From: Candidatus Aenigmatarchaeota archaeon
GTDB lineage: Archaea; Aenigmatarchaeota; Aenigmatarchaeia; QMZP01; QMZT01
Assembly: GCA_041489155.1 (NCBI GenBank)
Contig: JBGPQP010000001.1
Location: forward strand, 25,431 to 89,430
Reading direction: 5' to 3'
Length of the DNA stretch: 64,000 bases
A program made the translations under genes and the position numbers. Numbering within the stretch: position 1 is the stretch's first letter; the number at the start of each line of letters is the position of its first letter. Positions 63,930 to 64,000 of this stretch are shown here, in pieces. The notes under the pieces were generated by a model. The model saw only the letters and a list, made by a program, of their open reading frames with translations. It made no database searches and had not been told where the DNA came from.

Positions 63930-64000
63930 ATGAAAATAATTGTGGTTGGCGGCGGTAAACTGGGCGAAACGCTTTCGAAAATTCTTGTCAAGGAAAGGCA
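63930..64000 (+). CDS. N-terminal fragment of a Rossmann-fold NAD-binding (TrkA-N-like) protein, truncated by the window end
   Basis: MKIIVVGGGKLGETLSKILVKER: a GxGxxG dinucleotide-binding start running off the window. Confidence 0.35.
   Translation, partial: MKIIVVGGGKLGETLSKILVKER

Noticed and set aside
1-64000. CRISPR arrays, transposases, integrases or other mobile-element hallmarks
   Set aside because: No regularly spaced direct repeats, no DDE/serine/tyrosine recombinase-like ORFs, and no terminal inverted repeats were noticed. The tRNA genes are not flanked by integrase-like genes.

Overview
This 64 kb window reads as a gene-dense, AT-rich archaeal chromosome segment with a housekeeping backbone. 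Short proteins, tRNA introns at non-canonical positions and split membrane-platform genes fit a small-genome (DPANN-like) archaeon; that attribution is inference. The backbone includes: ATP-dependent DNA ligase, RadA, an RPA-like ssDNA-binding protein, archaeal DnaG, an Orc1/Cdc6-like AAA+ protein, GlyRS, PheRS alpha and beta, AlaRS, the CCA-adding enzyme, Pus10, RtcB with archease, a ThpR/LigT-like 2H phosphoesterase, ribosomal proteins L21e, S17e, S26e, L1, P0 and P1, RNAP subunit Rpo4, a thermosome subunit, PPDK, TatD, a Lon-like S16 protease and MinD/ParA. Two intron-containing tRNAs and a probable SRP (7S) RNA are present. The non-housekeeping content is a dispersed type IV pilus-like (Tad/Epd-like) inventory. 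It has two divergent FlaI/TadA-family secretion ATPases, a TadC/FlaJ-like platform split into two overlapping ORFs, and at least six proteins with class III (prepilin-type) signal peptides. Two of these have the KGQ (Gln +1) form. No prepilin peptidase and no archaellum-specific genes were seen. The most unusual loci are: (i) a tandem array of four divergent paralogous lipobox-bearing secreted proteins with CARDB/Ig-like N-terminal signatures next to a KGQ-type pilin-like gene (59.2-63.9 kb); (ii) a two-gene operon of large uncharacterised proteins (1.25-4.77 kb), the second looking like a xylose-isomerase-like TIM barrel split by a ~280 aa charged insertion; (iii) a Pus10 ORF that runs without a stop into L21e; (iv) a 4xCBS protein fused to an HPF/RaiA-like ribosome-binding domain; (v) a tRNA-Arg(CCU) with a ~41 nt D-loop intron and a tRNA with anticodon loop CUUAUAA (UAU, Ile/AUA) carrying a ~56 nt intron. 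No CRISPR array, transposase or integrase was found.
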